Notes: generated from the sequence alone by a model not told the origin. Positions 27,073-37,583 are shown, counted from the stretch's first letter. The stretch is DNA of 61,695 nt from Lachnospiraceae bacterium (GCA_051886435.1 JBJEYC010000052.1:1-61695); one strand, 5' to 3'. Numbers and translations: made by a program.

Positions 27073-29103
27073 TTACTCGACGATGACACGCACCCGGTCC
27101 AGGTTCTCGCACTGGACAAAGATGTCGTCTGTGGTGCCGTCCCGGCTGCTCTGAATCTTCACCACCGGGAAGTAGGTGCCAGGCTTTGCAAAGACGTGTG
27201 TCGACTCCACAAGGACCGCGCCATCCTCCCTGCGGGTGAGCGCCTCCTTGCGGGACCAGTCTCCCGCTGCCTCATAGTCCCAGGCAGCCCGGGAGATCTC
27301 TCCTGCCCCCTCGGGCGTCTCGCAGAGTGCAGTGAAGTGGACGACCTCCCCGGCATGCACGTGCACGGCCTTCTTTCCCTCTGCCAGCGCGTTCACCACG
27401 GGCTGGAGTCCACGGCGCGCTGCTGCGCGGTCCGGGACGCGGATCTGCCCGTCCGCGAGCTGGTACTTTGTGGCGGGAAGCGGCTCCTTCCCCTTCTCGC
27501 ACCAGGCGGCAAGGTCCAGCAGGGCCTGCCAGAGGATGCCGGTGTAGGGCACCTGGTGCTGCGGATCCTGCAGCTCATCTGCCGCATCCCCGTGCAGGCA
27601 GTGGTCGTTGTAGTAGAGGCGGATGTGCTCTTTGGGATCCTCACCCCTTGCCCGGAGCTTTTCAGAGGCGCGCTTTGCGTACCAGTCCCCGTGCCAGGGG
27701 AAGGCGCTCTCGTCCAGGATGCTGCACAGGAGGAAGATCTTCCCGTGGACATCCCCGGTCAGGTCCTTTCCTGCGCCGTTTTTGGCGATGATCGGGGAGA
27801 GGAGGGTCGGCAGCTGCGGATACTTCGGGCTCCCGTCCGGATTCCGGTACTGGTCGTAGACCGTGTAGGAGGCATCCGGCACCTGGTGGCGCTGGAAAGT
27901 CTGCATGGCGATGTAGTCGCTGTTGTCGATCCGGATCTGATCCCCTGCCCGCAGACCCTTTAACGGGATCTCATGGGTCCAGGAGACGCTGACGCCGCTC
28001 AACCGGATCACGCGTCCCTGGATTGTGTCGATGTCGCAGGACTGCCCGGCGGCCTCCCCCGTCAGCACGATGATCCGGCAGTGGGTGAGGGCATCCTCAT
28101 CCTCTGGCACCTCGTCCACCAGAAGCTCCGGGATTTCCCCGCTGTGGGAGATGACGTTCTGCCAGCTGTTGTCGACGTCCGTGTAGGAGCCCTTTTTCCG
28201 CTCGGGCCTTCTGATCTCCCGCACCGTCGTTGTGAACTGAATTCTGTCCCGCCGCTCGGGGCCGTCCGGGTCTGCCCCCGCGTAGCCCTTCTTTGTCCAG
28301 AAGTCCGTAAAGTACTCGGGCATGACCTCATAGATGTATGGCGCAAGCACCATCAGCGCGCCGTCTCCCATCGTTCTCCAGGCAAACCAGGCGCGGTCCG
28401 GAAATCCCATCCGGTGCGCCTCCAGGATGGCCTCCTGCTGCTCTTTGGTAAATCCCGCGAGGATGTCTCCGCTCCCGCCGGGCTCTGTCGCATCGACAAG
28501 CTTCTTCAGCCCCTCTTTGCCGAGAAGCCGCATGACCCGCACCCGGGGGCTGAAGTTGTTCGGCACGGCCATCGGGTTTGCGGTGACATACGGAATGCCC
28601 CCATCCCAGATGCCCTCCGTCCCCTCAAGGCATCCCAGAGTCTTGAAGCTTCCGCCGGAGCCGCCGTAGACGTAGCCGTAGGGGCGGCGGCTGGTGCCAT
28701 AGACCTCCCCTGCCACCTTCCGGGAGAGCTGCGCCACCTGTGCGTTCACGTGGATCAGCCGCGCCGGGTCGTTCAGCTGAAAGCCGCCCTGATTGGAGAT
28801 CACATAGTACGCGCCGTGGGTCAGGGCAAAGAGAATCCGGTCTTCCTTGCCGGTCAGGGTCTCGCTCTCGTGCTCATCCTCCGGCGCCGGGGAGAGGTAT
28901 TGGAAAAAGCGCCCCGCATACTGCGCCTTCTCCGGGAAGTAGAAACAGAACCGGGCCTCGGTGCCGTTTTCTTCCGTTCCCGCAAAGCCGCCGTGGACAA
29001 AATAGTGCCGCACCGGTTTTTCTCTCCACTCCCGCACGTCAAAGTACGGGTGGGCAAAATAGGAATCCCCCTCCGGGTGATACAGTCTGGTCTCCTGTTC
29101 CAT
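27073..29103 (-). CDS. Uncharacterised putative alpha/beta hydrolase with C-terminal PKD-like domain
   Basis: GGSGG nucleophile-elbow motif, DES and HG candidates for the triad; C-terminal HVFAKPGTYFPVVK. Confidence 0.6.
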   Translation of the reverse strand: MEQETRLYHPEGDSYFAHPYFDVREWREKPVRHYFVHGGFAGTEENGTEARFCFYFPEKAQYAGRFFQYLSPAPEDEHESETLTGKEDRILFALTHGAYYVISNQGGFQLNDPARLIHVNAQVAQLSRKVAGEVYGTSRRPYGYVYGGSGGSFKTLGCLEGTEGIWDGGIPYVTANPMAVPNNFSPRVRVMRLLGKEGLKKLVDATEPGGSGDILAGFTKEQQEAILEAHRMGFPDRAWFAWRTMGDGALMVLAPYIYEVMPEYFTDFWTKKGYAGADPDGPERRDRIQFTTTVREIRRPERKKGSYTDVDNSWQNVISHSGEIPELLVDEVPEDEDALTHCRIIVLTGEAAGQSCDIDTIQGRVIRLSGVSVSWTHEIPLKGLRAGDQIRIDNSDYIAMQTFQRHQVPDASYTVYDQYRNPDGSPKYPQLPTLLSPIIAKNGAGKDLTGDVHGKIFLLCSILDESAFPWHGDWYAKRASEKLRARGEDPKEHIRLYYNDHCLHGDAADELQDPQHQVPYTGILWQALLDLAAWCEKGKEPLPATKYQLADGQIRVPDRAAARRGLQPVVNALAEGKKAVHVHAGEVVHFTALCETPEGAGEISRAAWDYEAAGDWSRKEALTRREDGAVLVESTHVFAKPGTYFPVVKIQSSRDGTTDDIFVQCENLDRVRVIVE

Positions 29104-29241
29104 TATTTTCCTCCCTGCCGGCGGAACGTCTGTCTTTGCCGCCGGCCCATGGCCGTATTCTGACATATTTTGGCACGGCCAGTAACACACTATATTTGCA
29201 TTTGTGATACTATATTTGCATTACTGTGGAGGTGCCCTGCC

Positions 29242-30456
29242 ATGACCGAATATTCCCCGCTCCTGACTTCCGGCCCGTCGGACTGGAACCGTCTCTTTCT
29301 TGCCACCAATATCCCCGTCAGCGTGTTCCGGGGCCGGGAGCTGGTGAAGCGCTACGCCAGCGCTCCGGACTACAGCCTGCCGATGATCCTGCTCTCCGGC
29401 CTTGCCAGGGAACTGCCGCCGGTCTGGATTGCCAACACCCCGGAGGATCTCTACTTTGCCGGCACGTGCCTGCCTGGAGATCTTCTCCTGTTCTTCGGGC
29501 CAACCCTCCCCTATGAGTGCACCCGGGAGAAGGCTGCAAGTCTCCTTGCCGTATTCGGAAGAAAACGGACGGACCTGTCGGGGATGCGCAGCTACTTTCT
29601 GCTGCACGCCCAGGGGAATGTCTCAAGCCTGCGCGCCCTGGCAGAGCTTGCGAGCCGCCTCTTTGCCGGCAGCAGCCAGGAGACCGTCTCTGTTCCCTAC
29701 CAGGCGGACCAAAGCTTCCTGCCGGTCCTGCCAGCCGGCGCGGAAAGGGACAACTACCAGAGCATGGAGATCGAGAACGCGCTCCTCTCCGGCATCCGAC
29801 GCGGCGATGTGGACGCCATCTCCCGGCTCACCTCCGATACGATCCGGCCCCTTGCACTCTCCCAGATGCCGGATCCGGATCTGTATGAGGCCTATGAGAC
29901 CGGCGCCATCGCCCTGGCCTCCCGGGCCGCCATCGAGGGCGGCGTGGACTACGCCCAGGTCGTGGAGTACCGCGCCAGGTTCACGAGACAGCTGGCCAGC
30001 GCCCGGGACGACACGGATGCCGGCGCCCTGTTCATCCGCGCCTTCCTCACCTTCGCCAGACTCGTGCAGCGCGTGCGGCAGGCGCCGGGGAGCGGCGCCC
30101 TCTCCCGGAAAGTGGTCCGCTACGTGCAGGCACGGCTCTACGAGAAGACCCCGGTGTCCCGGATTGCCGAAGACCTGCACGTCAATGTCTCCTATCTCTG
30201 CACCCAGTTCCGGCGGGAGACCGGCCGGACGATCAGCACCTACGTGCAGGAGGCCAAGACCGAGGAGGCCAAATTTCTCCTCGAGGACACCGCCCTCCGC
30301 ACCCTGGAGATCTCAGAGCTCCTTTGCTTTTCTTCTGTGAACTACTTCACCCGCGTCTTCCGGGAGCACACCGGCATGACACCGGCAAGGTACCGCCAAA
30401 ACGTCCGGGAGGGCGCCGAAACAGAGCACAGTGAAAAGACCCGGCAGCCGGAGTAA
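29242..30456 (+). CDS. AraC family transcriptional regulator
   Basis: C-terminal SYLCTQFRRETG...FSSVNYFTRVFREHTGMTP. Confidence 0.9.
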   Translation: MTEYSPLLTSGPSDWNRLFLATNIPVSVFRGRELVKRYASAPDYSLPMILLSGLARELPPVWIANTPEDLYFAGTCLPGDLLLFFGPTLPYECTREKAASLLAVFGRKRTDLSGMRSYFLLHAQGNVSSLRALAELASRLFAGSSQETVSVPYQADQSFLPVLPAGAERDNYQSMEIENALLSGIRRGDVDAISRLTSDTIRPLALSQMPDPDLYEAYETGAIALASRAAIEGGVDYAQVVEYRARFTRQLASARDDTDAGALFIRAFLTFARLVQRVRQAPGSGALSRKVVRYVQARLYEKTPVSRIAEDLHVNVSYLCTQFRRETGRTISTYVQEAKTEEAKFLLEDTALRTLEISELLCFSSVNYFTRVFREHTGMTPARYRQNVREGAETEHSEKTRQPE

Positions 30457-30503
30457 ATCCGGCTGCCGGGCCCAAAGGTCTGTCACAGGTTCTGACTGGT
30501 ATT

Positions 30504-31136
30504 TTATACTCCCCGCAGGTCGGAGAGAAACAGGTACAAAAGCTCTGCGGTCATTCCCCAGATCGTGCCTTCCGGGGTGTCATAAAAGTAATACGTGCGC
30601 GGTACACTCTGCCAGGGGTAGCTCCTGCCCCCGGGGATTTTCTCAAAGGGAAAGTTCTCCGGCGGACGGGGCGTGACAAACGCCTGCGCCGTCTCCGGCT
30701 CTGCCTTCCGCAGCTCCCGAATGGGGATCCGGAGAATCCGCGCCACCTCGTCCCGGGAGAAGGTGTCCTGATAGTCCGAAAGAAGGCCCAGAAAGGAGGT
30801 CACCTTTCTCCCACCGGGGCCCTGAATCACATGAAGCGGGGCAAGGACGGAGACGTTCTCCCGTGCAAGAAGGAGCTCCTCCCTGGTCTCCCGCGCTGCC
30901 GCCTCCTCCGGTGTTTCGTTCTCCTCAACGCTCCCCCCGGGGAAGCAGATCTCGCCGCCCTGCACAATCCCGGGGCTTCTGACCTCAAAGAGAAGCTCGC
31001 ACCCCTTTGGGGTCTGAATCAGGGGAAGCAGCACCGCCGCTTCCCGTCTTGCGGAGAGGACCACCCGGGGACCACTCTTTTTCTTTTCCAGAATCAGACT
31101 TTCGAGGGAATTTTCCCACTTGTCACTCGTTTGCAA
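30504..31136 (-). CDS. Nudix hydrolase, CoA pyrophosphatase-like
   Basis: AAVLLPL, GEICFPGG...AARETREEL, IWGMTA. TTG start with AAAGGAG RBS. Confidence 0.85.
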   Translation of the reverse strand: MQTSDKWENSLESLILEKKKSGPRVVLSARREAAVLLPLIQTPKGCELLFEVRSPGIVQGGEICFPGGSVEENETPEEAAARETREELLLARENVSVLAPLHVIQGPGGRKVTSFLGLLSDYQDTFSRDEVARILRIPIRELRKAEPETAQAFVTPRPPENFPFEKIPGGRSYPWQSVPRTYYFYDTPEGTIWGMTAELLYLFLSDLRGV

Positions 31137-31329
31137 CCGCTTTTCTCCTTTCCGACTTTCCCTGCCGGCGTGCATACCGCATTCCCGGGACATTTGCAAG
31201 GCCGCAATCTTCACAAACTTTCCCCGCCTTTTTCTACGGAGTTCTCCGGACTGCCCACCCCCAGATGTAGTATAATATCGTCCCGAAAGCGTTTTATTTT
31301 GTAGTTCGCTGAGGGGAGGCATTCCAAAC

Positions 31330-31566
31330 ATGGAAGCTGTATCACATCTGAAAAACAACACCTACTACTACGGAGACGGCTATTTCTTCGACATCGTCCA
31401 TGACTCCGAGTCACGTACCTACGATGCCTGGCTGTACTCCGGAAAAGGGAGCCGGCGCATCTACCTGGACACCTTCCGGGACGGGGTCAGCCAGAAGCGC
31501 CTCGTGAGCCAGGTGCGCGACAAGGTCGCCTCCTTCCTCAGCGCAAGGGAGCGGAGCGTCGGCTGA
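31330..31566 (+). CDS. Hypothetical protein (78 aa)
   Basis: GGAGG RBS, upstream TATAAT, host-like codon usage. Confidence 0.6.
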   Translation: MEAVSHLKNNTYYYGDGYFFDIVHDSESRTYDAWLYSGKGSRRIYLDTFRDGVSQKRLVSQVRDKVASFLSARERSVG

Positions 31567-31569
31567 GCC

Positions 31570-31764
31570 TCAGCGCTTTCCCTGGATCTTTTGGATGAGA
31601 AGGACCGTGCTGTAGACTACAAAGAGCACATATCCTGCTACCGCCGTGGTGGCGACAAGTCCCACGAGGGTGGTGTTCTCTGTCAGATGAAAGCCAAAGA
31701 CGATCCCCAGTCCAAAGGTTCCCACCGCCACCAGAAACAGGGCAAGATTGCGAAGGATGGTCAT
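31570..31764 (-). CDS. Small two-TM membrane protein
   Basis: Two hydrophobic segments; ATGA overlap with the upstream gene. Confidence 0.6.
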   Translation of the reverse strand: MTILRNLALFLVAVGTFGLGIVFGFHLTENTTLVGLVATTAVAGYVLFVVYSTVLLIQKIQGKR

Positions 31765-32591
31765 TGTTTTTCTCCCTTCCGAATCACCTCATAGAGATCC
31801 GTTCTTCTTGCGGACAACACCGGGAGCTGTTCTCTGGCCTCCCGGATTTTTTTTGCCTCAATTTCCGTGAGCAGCATTCCGGGCTCTTCCCCCAGCATCC
31901 CCAGCACCTTCCCCCAGGGATCCACCGCAAGCGTGTGCCCGTAGGCGTGATAGGTGGCTGTCTCGTCCAGGGCGTCGGAGGTGCCGAAGAAATAGCACTG
32001 ATTGTCCACCGCCCGGGCGCGGAACAAAAGCTCCCAGTGGAGCGGCCCTGTGGTCTGGTTGAAGGCGGCGGGAACAAAGATGTACTCGGCGCCCTGCAGA
32101 ACCAGAAGGCGGAACCACTCGGGAAAGCGAAGGTCAAAGCAGATCGCGAGGCCGCAGCGCCCAAACTCCGTATCAAAGACCGAGAGCATATCCCCCCGCG
32201 TCAGGGTGTCCGACTCCCGAAACCGCTGGCCGCCCTTCACGTCAATGTCAAACAGGTGGACCTTGCGGTGCTTTGCGATCTGCCGCCCCGCCCGGTCAAA
32301 GACATAGGCGGTGTTGTAGACGCGGCCTTTTGCGTCCCGTTCCGGGACCGAGCCCGCCACGAGGTATACACCGCTTTCTTTTGCCGCCCGGGAGAGGAAG
32401 GTCCAGGTCCTTCCACCCTCCTCCTCGGCATAGATGGGGAAGTTTGCGGTCTCGTAGGGACAGGTGAACATCTCTCCGAACATCACCACATCGGCTCCCT
32501 TCGCGGCGGCCGACCGGATCGCGTCCCCTGCCTGCTGCAGATTTTTTTCCGGGTCCGCAAAGACCCTTGTCTGACACTGTGCTACCAGCAT
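31761..32591 (-). CDS. Carbon-nitrogen hydrolase (Nit/omega-amidase-like)
   Basis: Catalytic triad E (GEMF), K (HRKVHLFD), C (ICFDLRF). Confidence 0.9.
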   Translation of the reverse strand: MLVAQCQTRVFADPEKNLQQAGDAIRSAAAKGADVVMFGEMFTCPYETANFPIYAEEEGGRTWTFLSRAAKESGVYLVAGSVPERDAKGRVYNTAYVFDRAGRQIAKHRKVHLFDIDVKGGQRFRESDTLTRGDMLSVFDTEFGRCGLAICFDLRFPEWFRLLVLQGAEYIFVPAAFNQTTGPLHWELLFRARAVDNQCYFFGTSDALDETATYHAYGHTLAVDPWGKVLGMLGEEPGMLLTEIEAKKIREAREQLPVLSARRTDLYEVIRKGEKQ

Positions 32592-32686
32592 ATCTGTCCT
32601 CCTCACCGGAATCACCGGTTTTCTTTGTCATTTCTGCCGTTTTGCGTATAATGGAGGCCGTGTCATTGACACGGAAGGAGAATTGC

Positions 32687-33379
32687 ATGCGCTATCAGGC
32701 AGCCATCTTCGATATGGACGGTACCATACTGAACACCGTGGAGGATCTGACCTCCTCGCTCAACTATGCCCTGCGAAAGACCGGACACCGGTGCGACTTC
32801 ACGCCGGATGAGGTCCGGCGCTTCTTTGGAAGCGGCGCCCTGGTCGCCAGCCGCCGCGCCCTCTGGTGTGAGAAGACCGGCGAGGTGGTCCTTGACGTCC
32901 CTGAAGACGCTGTCATTTCAAAGGAAGCAGACCAGATCCAGCAGGTGTTTCGCGGCTACTACGTGGACCACTGCGCCGAAAAGACAGGTCCGTACCCGGG
33001 GATCCCGGAACTTTTGCAGGCGCTGCAAAAAGCGGGCATCCCCGCCGCCGTTGTCTCCAACAAGCCGGATGACGCGGTGCGCAAGCTCTCTGCGGACTAC
33101 TTTTCCGGACTCTTTGCCGTCTCTGTCGGAGAGATGGAAGGCGTTCGCAAAAAGCCGGCACCAGACACGGTCTGGAAGGTCTGCCGGACCCTCGGCACCG
33201 ACCCCAAAACTTCCGTCTACATCGGTGACAGCGAGGTGGACATCGAGACCGCCAAAAATGCCGGCACCCATATGATCTCCGTGGACTGGGGCTTTCGCAC
33301 CCGCAGCTTCCTCGAAGCCCTGCACCCCGAACACCTTGTCTCTGACGCGTCCTCCCTCAGGATGATGCTCCTTGGCTGA
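32687..33379 (+). CDS. HAD family hydrolase (phosphoglycolate phosphatase-like)
   Basis: FDMDGT, SNK, KKPAP, IGDSEVD. Confidence 0.9.
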   Translation: MRYQAAIFDMDGTILNTVEDLTSSLNYALRKTGHRCDFTPDEVRRFFGSGALVASRRALWCEKTGEVVLDVPEDAVISKEADQIQQVFRGYYVDHCAEKTGPYPGIPELLQALQKAGIPAAVVSNKPDDAVRKLSADYFSGLFAVSVGEMEGVRKKPAPDTVWKVCRTLGTDPKTSVYIGDSEVDIETAKNAGTHMISVDWGFRTRSFLEALHPEHLVSDASSLRMMLLG

Positions 33380-33860
33380 CGTCTTCCTTGCGCTGTTTGG
33401 CACGCGTAAGGAGCGTTTCGGCCTCCCCAAAGGCCTCCGGCAGGTAATCCTTTTCCCACTCTCTGCCCGCCTTTTCCTTTCGCTTTCTCTCCTCCCAGAC
33501 GGCGCGCTCCTCTCCCTCTTTGGGAACAGGCGCCCCCGAGAAGACATGTGGATGCCGGCTGATCATCTTTTCCGCAGCGCCCTCCGCCACGTCCTCCAGG
33601 GTAAAGAGCCCCTCCTCGCTGGCGATCTGCGCCTGCATCACGACCTGCAGCAGAAGATCCCCCAGTTCCTCCTTCAGGTTCTCGCAACTGCCGGTTTCCT
33701 GATAGATGTTGATGCCGCAGAGAGTCTCCACCGCCTCCTCGATGATCTCGGGTTTGAGGCTCTCGTGGGTCTGCTTCCGGTCCCAGGGGCAGCCGTTCTC
33801 ATCCCGGAGCCGCTTCACCACCCAGGCAAGCTTTTCCACGCCCTTTTTCTCTTCGCTCAT
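33357..33860 (-). CDS. MazG nucleotide pyrophosphohydrolase domain protein
   Basis: GCPWDRKQTHESL, EELGDLL, RHPHVF. Confidence 0.9.
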   Translation of the reverse strand: MSEEKKGVEKLAWVVKRLRDENGCPWDRKQTHESLKPEIIEEAVETLCGINIYQETGSCENLKEELGDLLLQVVMQAQIASEEGLFTLEDVAEGAAEKMISRHPHVFSGAPVPKEGEERAVWEERKRKEKAGREWEKDYLPEAFGEAETLLTRAKQRKEDVSQGASS

Positions 33861-34010
33861 CCTTTTCTGCCCTCCTTTGTCGTTTCCTCATTATAGCCCA
33901 ACCCCCATCCCCGGGGGAATTGCGGCCGCACAAAAACCGGTGCGGGCAGTTTCTGGCTGTCCACACCGGTTTCCTGTTCCAATCGACGTTTCAATGCTTT
34001 GCGGGAGCAC

Positions 34011-35024
34011 TCACTTGGTTGCCTCATCAGAGGCATCTTCCTTTGCCTCGAGCTTGAAGGAGATCGTCTTCTCCTGATAGTCCGAGCCGGACCGGCGCTC
34101 AATGGTCAGAGTGACCTTGTCGCCCGGGTTGTAATTCTGCAGTGCCTTCTTGAGCTCGGTCACGCTGGTGACCTCGGTGTCATCGATCTTCGTGATCACA
34201 TCGCCCTTCTGCAGGCCTGCCTTCTCGGCGTTGCTGTTCTCCTCGGAGAAGTCGGCGACCACCACACCGGAGGGGATGTCATAGGCCTCCGAGACGTCCG
34301 AGGTGACACCGGTGCAGTAGATGCCCAGCTGTACCGTGGTCTCAATCGAGGAAGGATCCTCTTCTTCCGTGCCGGAACCAGAGTCCGTGCTGCCGGATCC
34401 GGAGCCGTTCTCCGACCCGGAGTCAGAACCCGAACCGGTTCCCGGCTCCTGCCCGCCAAAGAACGGGATCATCTGGGCGCCGCTGCCGCTGTTGCTTCCG
34501 CTGCCGCTGTCGCTCTCATCTCCCTGATCCTGCTGATCCTCCTGCATGCCGCGGATCGTCTCCTGCTGAGAGGCAATGACGTCCTGGCTCTTGCGGTTGG
34601 TCACCGTGTAGGTGACAAGGCCTGCGGAGAGTCCGGCCAGCACGGCAATGACGACAAGCTCTGTGGTCGCCATCCTGCGGTAGTGCCGAAGCTCCCGGTG
34701 CAAATCATCCATGGGCGGCATACCCGGGCCGCCGTGCTCCGGATGGGGATGCTCCTGCGTCCTGTAGTGCTCATAGGCGGAATGATAGGACTCGCCGGGG
34801 CCCTGCTGCGTGGCACCTCCCTGCTGGGATGTGCCTGCCTGTGAAGAGGCGTTTCCCTGCCAGGATGCGCTTCCCTGCGCAGAGGCGTTTGCCTGCTGCT
34901 GCGTGTACCCCTGTTCTGCGGTTCCCTGTGCTTTTTCTTCCGTCTGTGCTTCCCCGGTCTTCGGAGCAGCTTCCGGCGTTGCGGAATTCATTGTATTTTT
35001 GTTCTCATTCTGATCCAGTTCCAT
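34011..35024 (-). CDS. Membrane protein with low-complexity linkers and C-terminal PDZ domain
   Basis: Single TM; AEKAGLQKGDVITKID PDZ motif; no protease domain. Confidence 0.8.
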   Translation of the reverse strand: MELDQNENKNTMNSATPEAAPKTGEAQTEEKAQGTAEQGYTQQQANASAQGSASWQGNASSQAGTSQQGGATQQGPGESYHSAYEHYRTQEHPHPEHGGPGMPPMDDLHRELRHYRRMATTELVVIAVLAGLSAGLVTYTVTNRKSQDVIASQQETIRGMQEDQQDQGDESDSGSGSNSGSGAQMIPFFGGQEPGTGSGSDSGSENGSGSGSTDSGSGTEEEDPSSIETTVQLGIYCTGVTSDVSEAYDIPSGVVVADFSEENSNAEKAGLQKGDVITKIDDTEVTSVTELKKALQNYNPGDKVTLTIERRSGSDYQEKTISFKLEAKEDASDEATK

Positions 35025-35343
35025 AAGAGGTGGACCCCCTTTCTTCCTTGATGTCTTACAGCAACATCATAGTGAATATTTGTGTCCTTTTCATGACCGA
35101 TTGTTGATCTTCCTGTGACTTTCGGTCAGCCGGTTTTTCCCGCGAAAAAACCGGTCCCAGGGGGCCGGCTGTGAGGGGGAGTAGTTTTGTTTCAATGCAG
35201 AATCAGCATAGCAGAGGCCTGTGTCCATTCGGCGAAGGAACTGTGTCCATTTGGTGAAATTCAGATCCATCGCACAAAAAATGCCCCCGGAAGAGGCCAG
35301 AGGCTTCTCCGGGGACGGAATCCGTCAATATCCTTGCAGGATC

Positions 35344-35967
35344 TTATTCACCCAGTTCCAGAAAGCGGAAGGGATCCGCATCGGGAGAGCGCAGGTAGGC
35401 CGCAACCAGAAAGGCTGCCCGGATCGAGAGCTTTTCCTCCCTGAGGATCCTGTGTGCCTCCTTTTTGTCCGCAAGGTGCACCTCAATCCACTCGCTGGAT
35501 TCCTCACGGGGCACGCCGCCCGGGAGCGCGACGCTCCCGAAGACCGCAGACCCCGGCTCATCGGAAAAGCCCGGCGCGAGGAAGAAGGGACGCCGCAGGG
35601 CCGGATCTCCGCCCGCGTACTCGGTGAAGGCAAAGCCTGTCTCCTCGGCCATCTCCCGCGCTGCTGCCTGTCCCGGCGTCTCACCGGGGTCGATGAGGCC
35701 CGCCGGCAGGGAATAGATGTACTCATCCACCGGGAAGCGGTACTCGTGGATCATGACAAGGCGCGGATGTTCCTCTCTCGTCACCGCGTAGATGCAGATC
35801 CCCTCCGGATCCAGCGCGTGGGTGCGGATCTTCAGTTTCTCATCGCTGTTTCGCGTGCAGTAGTAGTAGTCCCGGTCCCGCTTCTTCCGGTCCGTGAATG
35901 TCAGATGGATCAGGTTCAGAAACCGGTTGTTAGTCTGCCGTTCCACCGTCTCGATGTGGGTCTCCAT
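35344..35967 (-). CDS. Nudix hydrolase (ADP-ribose pyrophosphatase-like)
   Basis: PAGLIDPGETPGQAAAREMAEETG Nudix box. Confidence 0.9.
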   Translation of the reverse strand: METHIETVERQTNNRFLNLIHLTFTDRKKRDRDYYYCTRNSDEKLKIRTHALDPEGICIYAVTREEHPRLVMIHEYRFPVDEYIYSLPAGLIDPGETPGQAAAREMAEETGFAFTEYAGGDPALRRPFFLAPGFSDEPGSAVFGSVALPGGVPREESSEWIEVHLADKKEAHRILREEKLSIRAAFLVAAYLRSPDADPFRFLELGE

Positions 35968-35986
35968 GGCAATCGCTCCTTTTCTT

Positions 35987-36991
35987 TCACTCCTGCGCCG
36001 CCTGAATGCGGCGGATGAGGTCCTGGTATTCACTGCCGTATGTCTCATACAGCGGTGCCATGGCCTCCTTCATCTTCTGCCGGTCTGAATCGGAGATCGG
36101 CACCACAGTGCAGCCGCCGACTGCAGCCTGCTGCTTTGCCTGCTGCTCCTGTTCCTGCCAGCGCTTGCGCTCGTACTGGGCGGACTCTGCCGCGCAGGCG
36201 CGCAGCGTCTCCTGATCCTTCTCAGACAGCTCCGCGAGCGCCGTCCTCGAGATCAGCTGCAGTTCCGGGATTCGGATGTGCTCATCCTCCCAGAAATAAG
36301 GCGCCACCTGGTAGTGCTCCATGGCGGCATAGCTGTTCCAATTGTTCTCCGCGCCGTCTACGCTTCCCTGCTGGAGACCCGCATAGACGTCCTCATAGTT
36401 CATCGGGACCGGGGTTGCCCCCAGGGCCCGGACCATGTCCTCCATGATGCCGGACTGCTGCACCCGGATGAGCTTGCCGGCAAGGTCCTCCATCCCGGAC
36501 ACCGGCTCCCGGAAGTAAAAACTGCGGACGCCCGCGTCATACCAGGACAGGGCCACCATACCGGTATCGGAAAAGGAATCCATGATCTCCTGCCCGATTT
36601 CGCCGTCCAGAACCTTCCACATGCTCCCGGAACTCTCATAGAGATAGGGCAGCATCAGCACGATCGTCTCCGGGTTGTAGTCCTCCAGGGTGTACAAAGA
36701 GCAGCGGACCATGTCGATGCCGTCCCAGGAGAGCTGCTGCACCGTGGAGACCTCGTCCCCGAGCTGGGCATTGGGATAGACAAGCACCTCCACCCGGCCG
36801 GCCGTGCGCTCCTTCACCAGGTCCGCGAAATAGTACGCCCCCTCGGTGGTGGGATAATCCTGTGTCTGGTTCTCCGCATAGGTCAGGACAACCTCCGGCA
36901 CGGTCTCCTTCTTCTGCCTGGAAACGAGAAGAAGCACCGCGCCGGAAACGAGAAGCGCTGTGCCCGCAAGCGCCGCGGCAAGCCGCCTCAT
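35987..36991 (-). CDS. TRAP transporter substrate-binding protein (DctP family)
   Basis: YPNAQLGDE, GKLIRVQ, VDGAENN. Confidence 0.9.
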   Translation of the reverse strand: MRRLAAALAGTALLVSGAVLLLVSRQKKETVPEVVLTYAENQTQDYPTTEGAYYFADLVKERTAGRVEVLVYPNAQLGDEVSTVQQLSWDGIDMVRCSLYTLEDYNPETIVLMLPYLYESSGSMWKVLDGEIGQEIMDSFSDTGMVALSWYDAGVRSFYFREPVSGMEDLAGKLIRVQQSGIMEDMVRALGATPVPMNYEDVYAGLQQGSVDGAENNWNSYAAMEHYQVAPYFWEDEHIRIPELQLISRTALAELSEKDQETLRACAAESAQYERKRWQEQEQQAKQQAAVGGCTVVPISDSDRQKMKEAMAPLYETYGSEYQDLIRRIQAAQE

Positions 36992-37482
36992 GTCTGATCC
37001 TGGTGGACAGAGCGGGCTTTGATCTTCGCCTCGCAGAACGCGTACAAAGGTTCCTTGTCCTTTCCCAGGATCCGGTTGGTCAGAAGGTAGGCGTGCTGTC
37101 CATCCGGCACGGCAAGCAGCATCTTCGGCCGCTTCTGCACGTAGTGAAAATCATGCCAGAGGATGGTCTGCCGGTGATTCTGCACCTGGATGTGCATGCC
37201 AGCGTCATCAAAGGACACCGTGGTGTCCACCGGAATCCGCTTTGCCTCCCGGGCGGCCGCAGCGGCCATCGCCAGAGGCTGGATCACCGGAAAGACCAGG
37301 ATGCCGATCACAATCAGCACTTTCCCGAGCAGGTTGGTGCTGGCAAAACGCGACACCGCCAGGGCGATCATCGCCGCGGTGAAGACGGCGTTGATCACCG
37401 CCATCCAGGAGCGATAGGTGTTCTCCATCCGGAACCACCAGAAGTCCCCAGTCGTGTTGCGAAAGGTGTACTCATATTTCAT
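36988..37482 (-). CDS. YcxB-like membrane protein
   Basis: Two TMs followed by a soluble domain (FDDAGMHI...ILWHDF). Confidence 0.6.
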   Translation of the reverse strand: MKYEYTFRNTTGDFWWFRMENTYRSWMAVINAVFTAAMIALAVSRFASTNLLGKVLIVIGILVFPVIQPLAMAAAAAREAKRIPVDTTVSFDDAGMHIQVQNHRQTILWHDFHYVQKRPKMLLAVPDGQHAYLLTNRILGKDKEPLYAFCEAKIKARSVHQDQT

Positions 37483-37583
37483 GTAAGCATCTCCCCTTTT
37501 TTTTATTCCAGAATACGCCAAAACGGGCAGTCCGCATAGACCGCCCGCCAGATAATTTCAGGAGAAAACACGAATGCAGCTTG

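Noticed and set aside
33357-33860. MazG as an anti-phage/abortive infection gene
   Set aside because: Host-like composition and housekeeping neighbours; no defence context.
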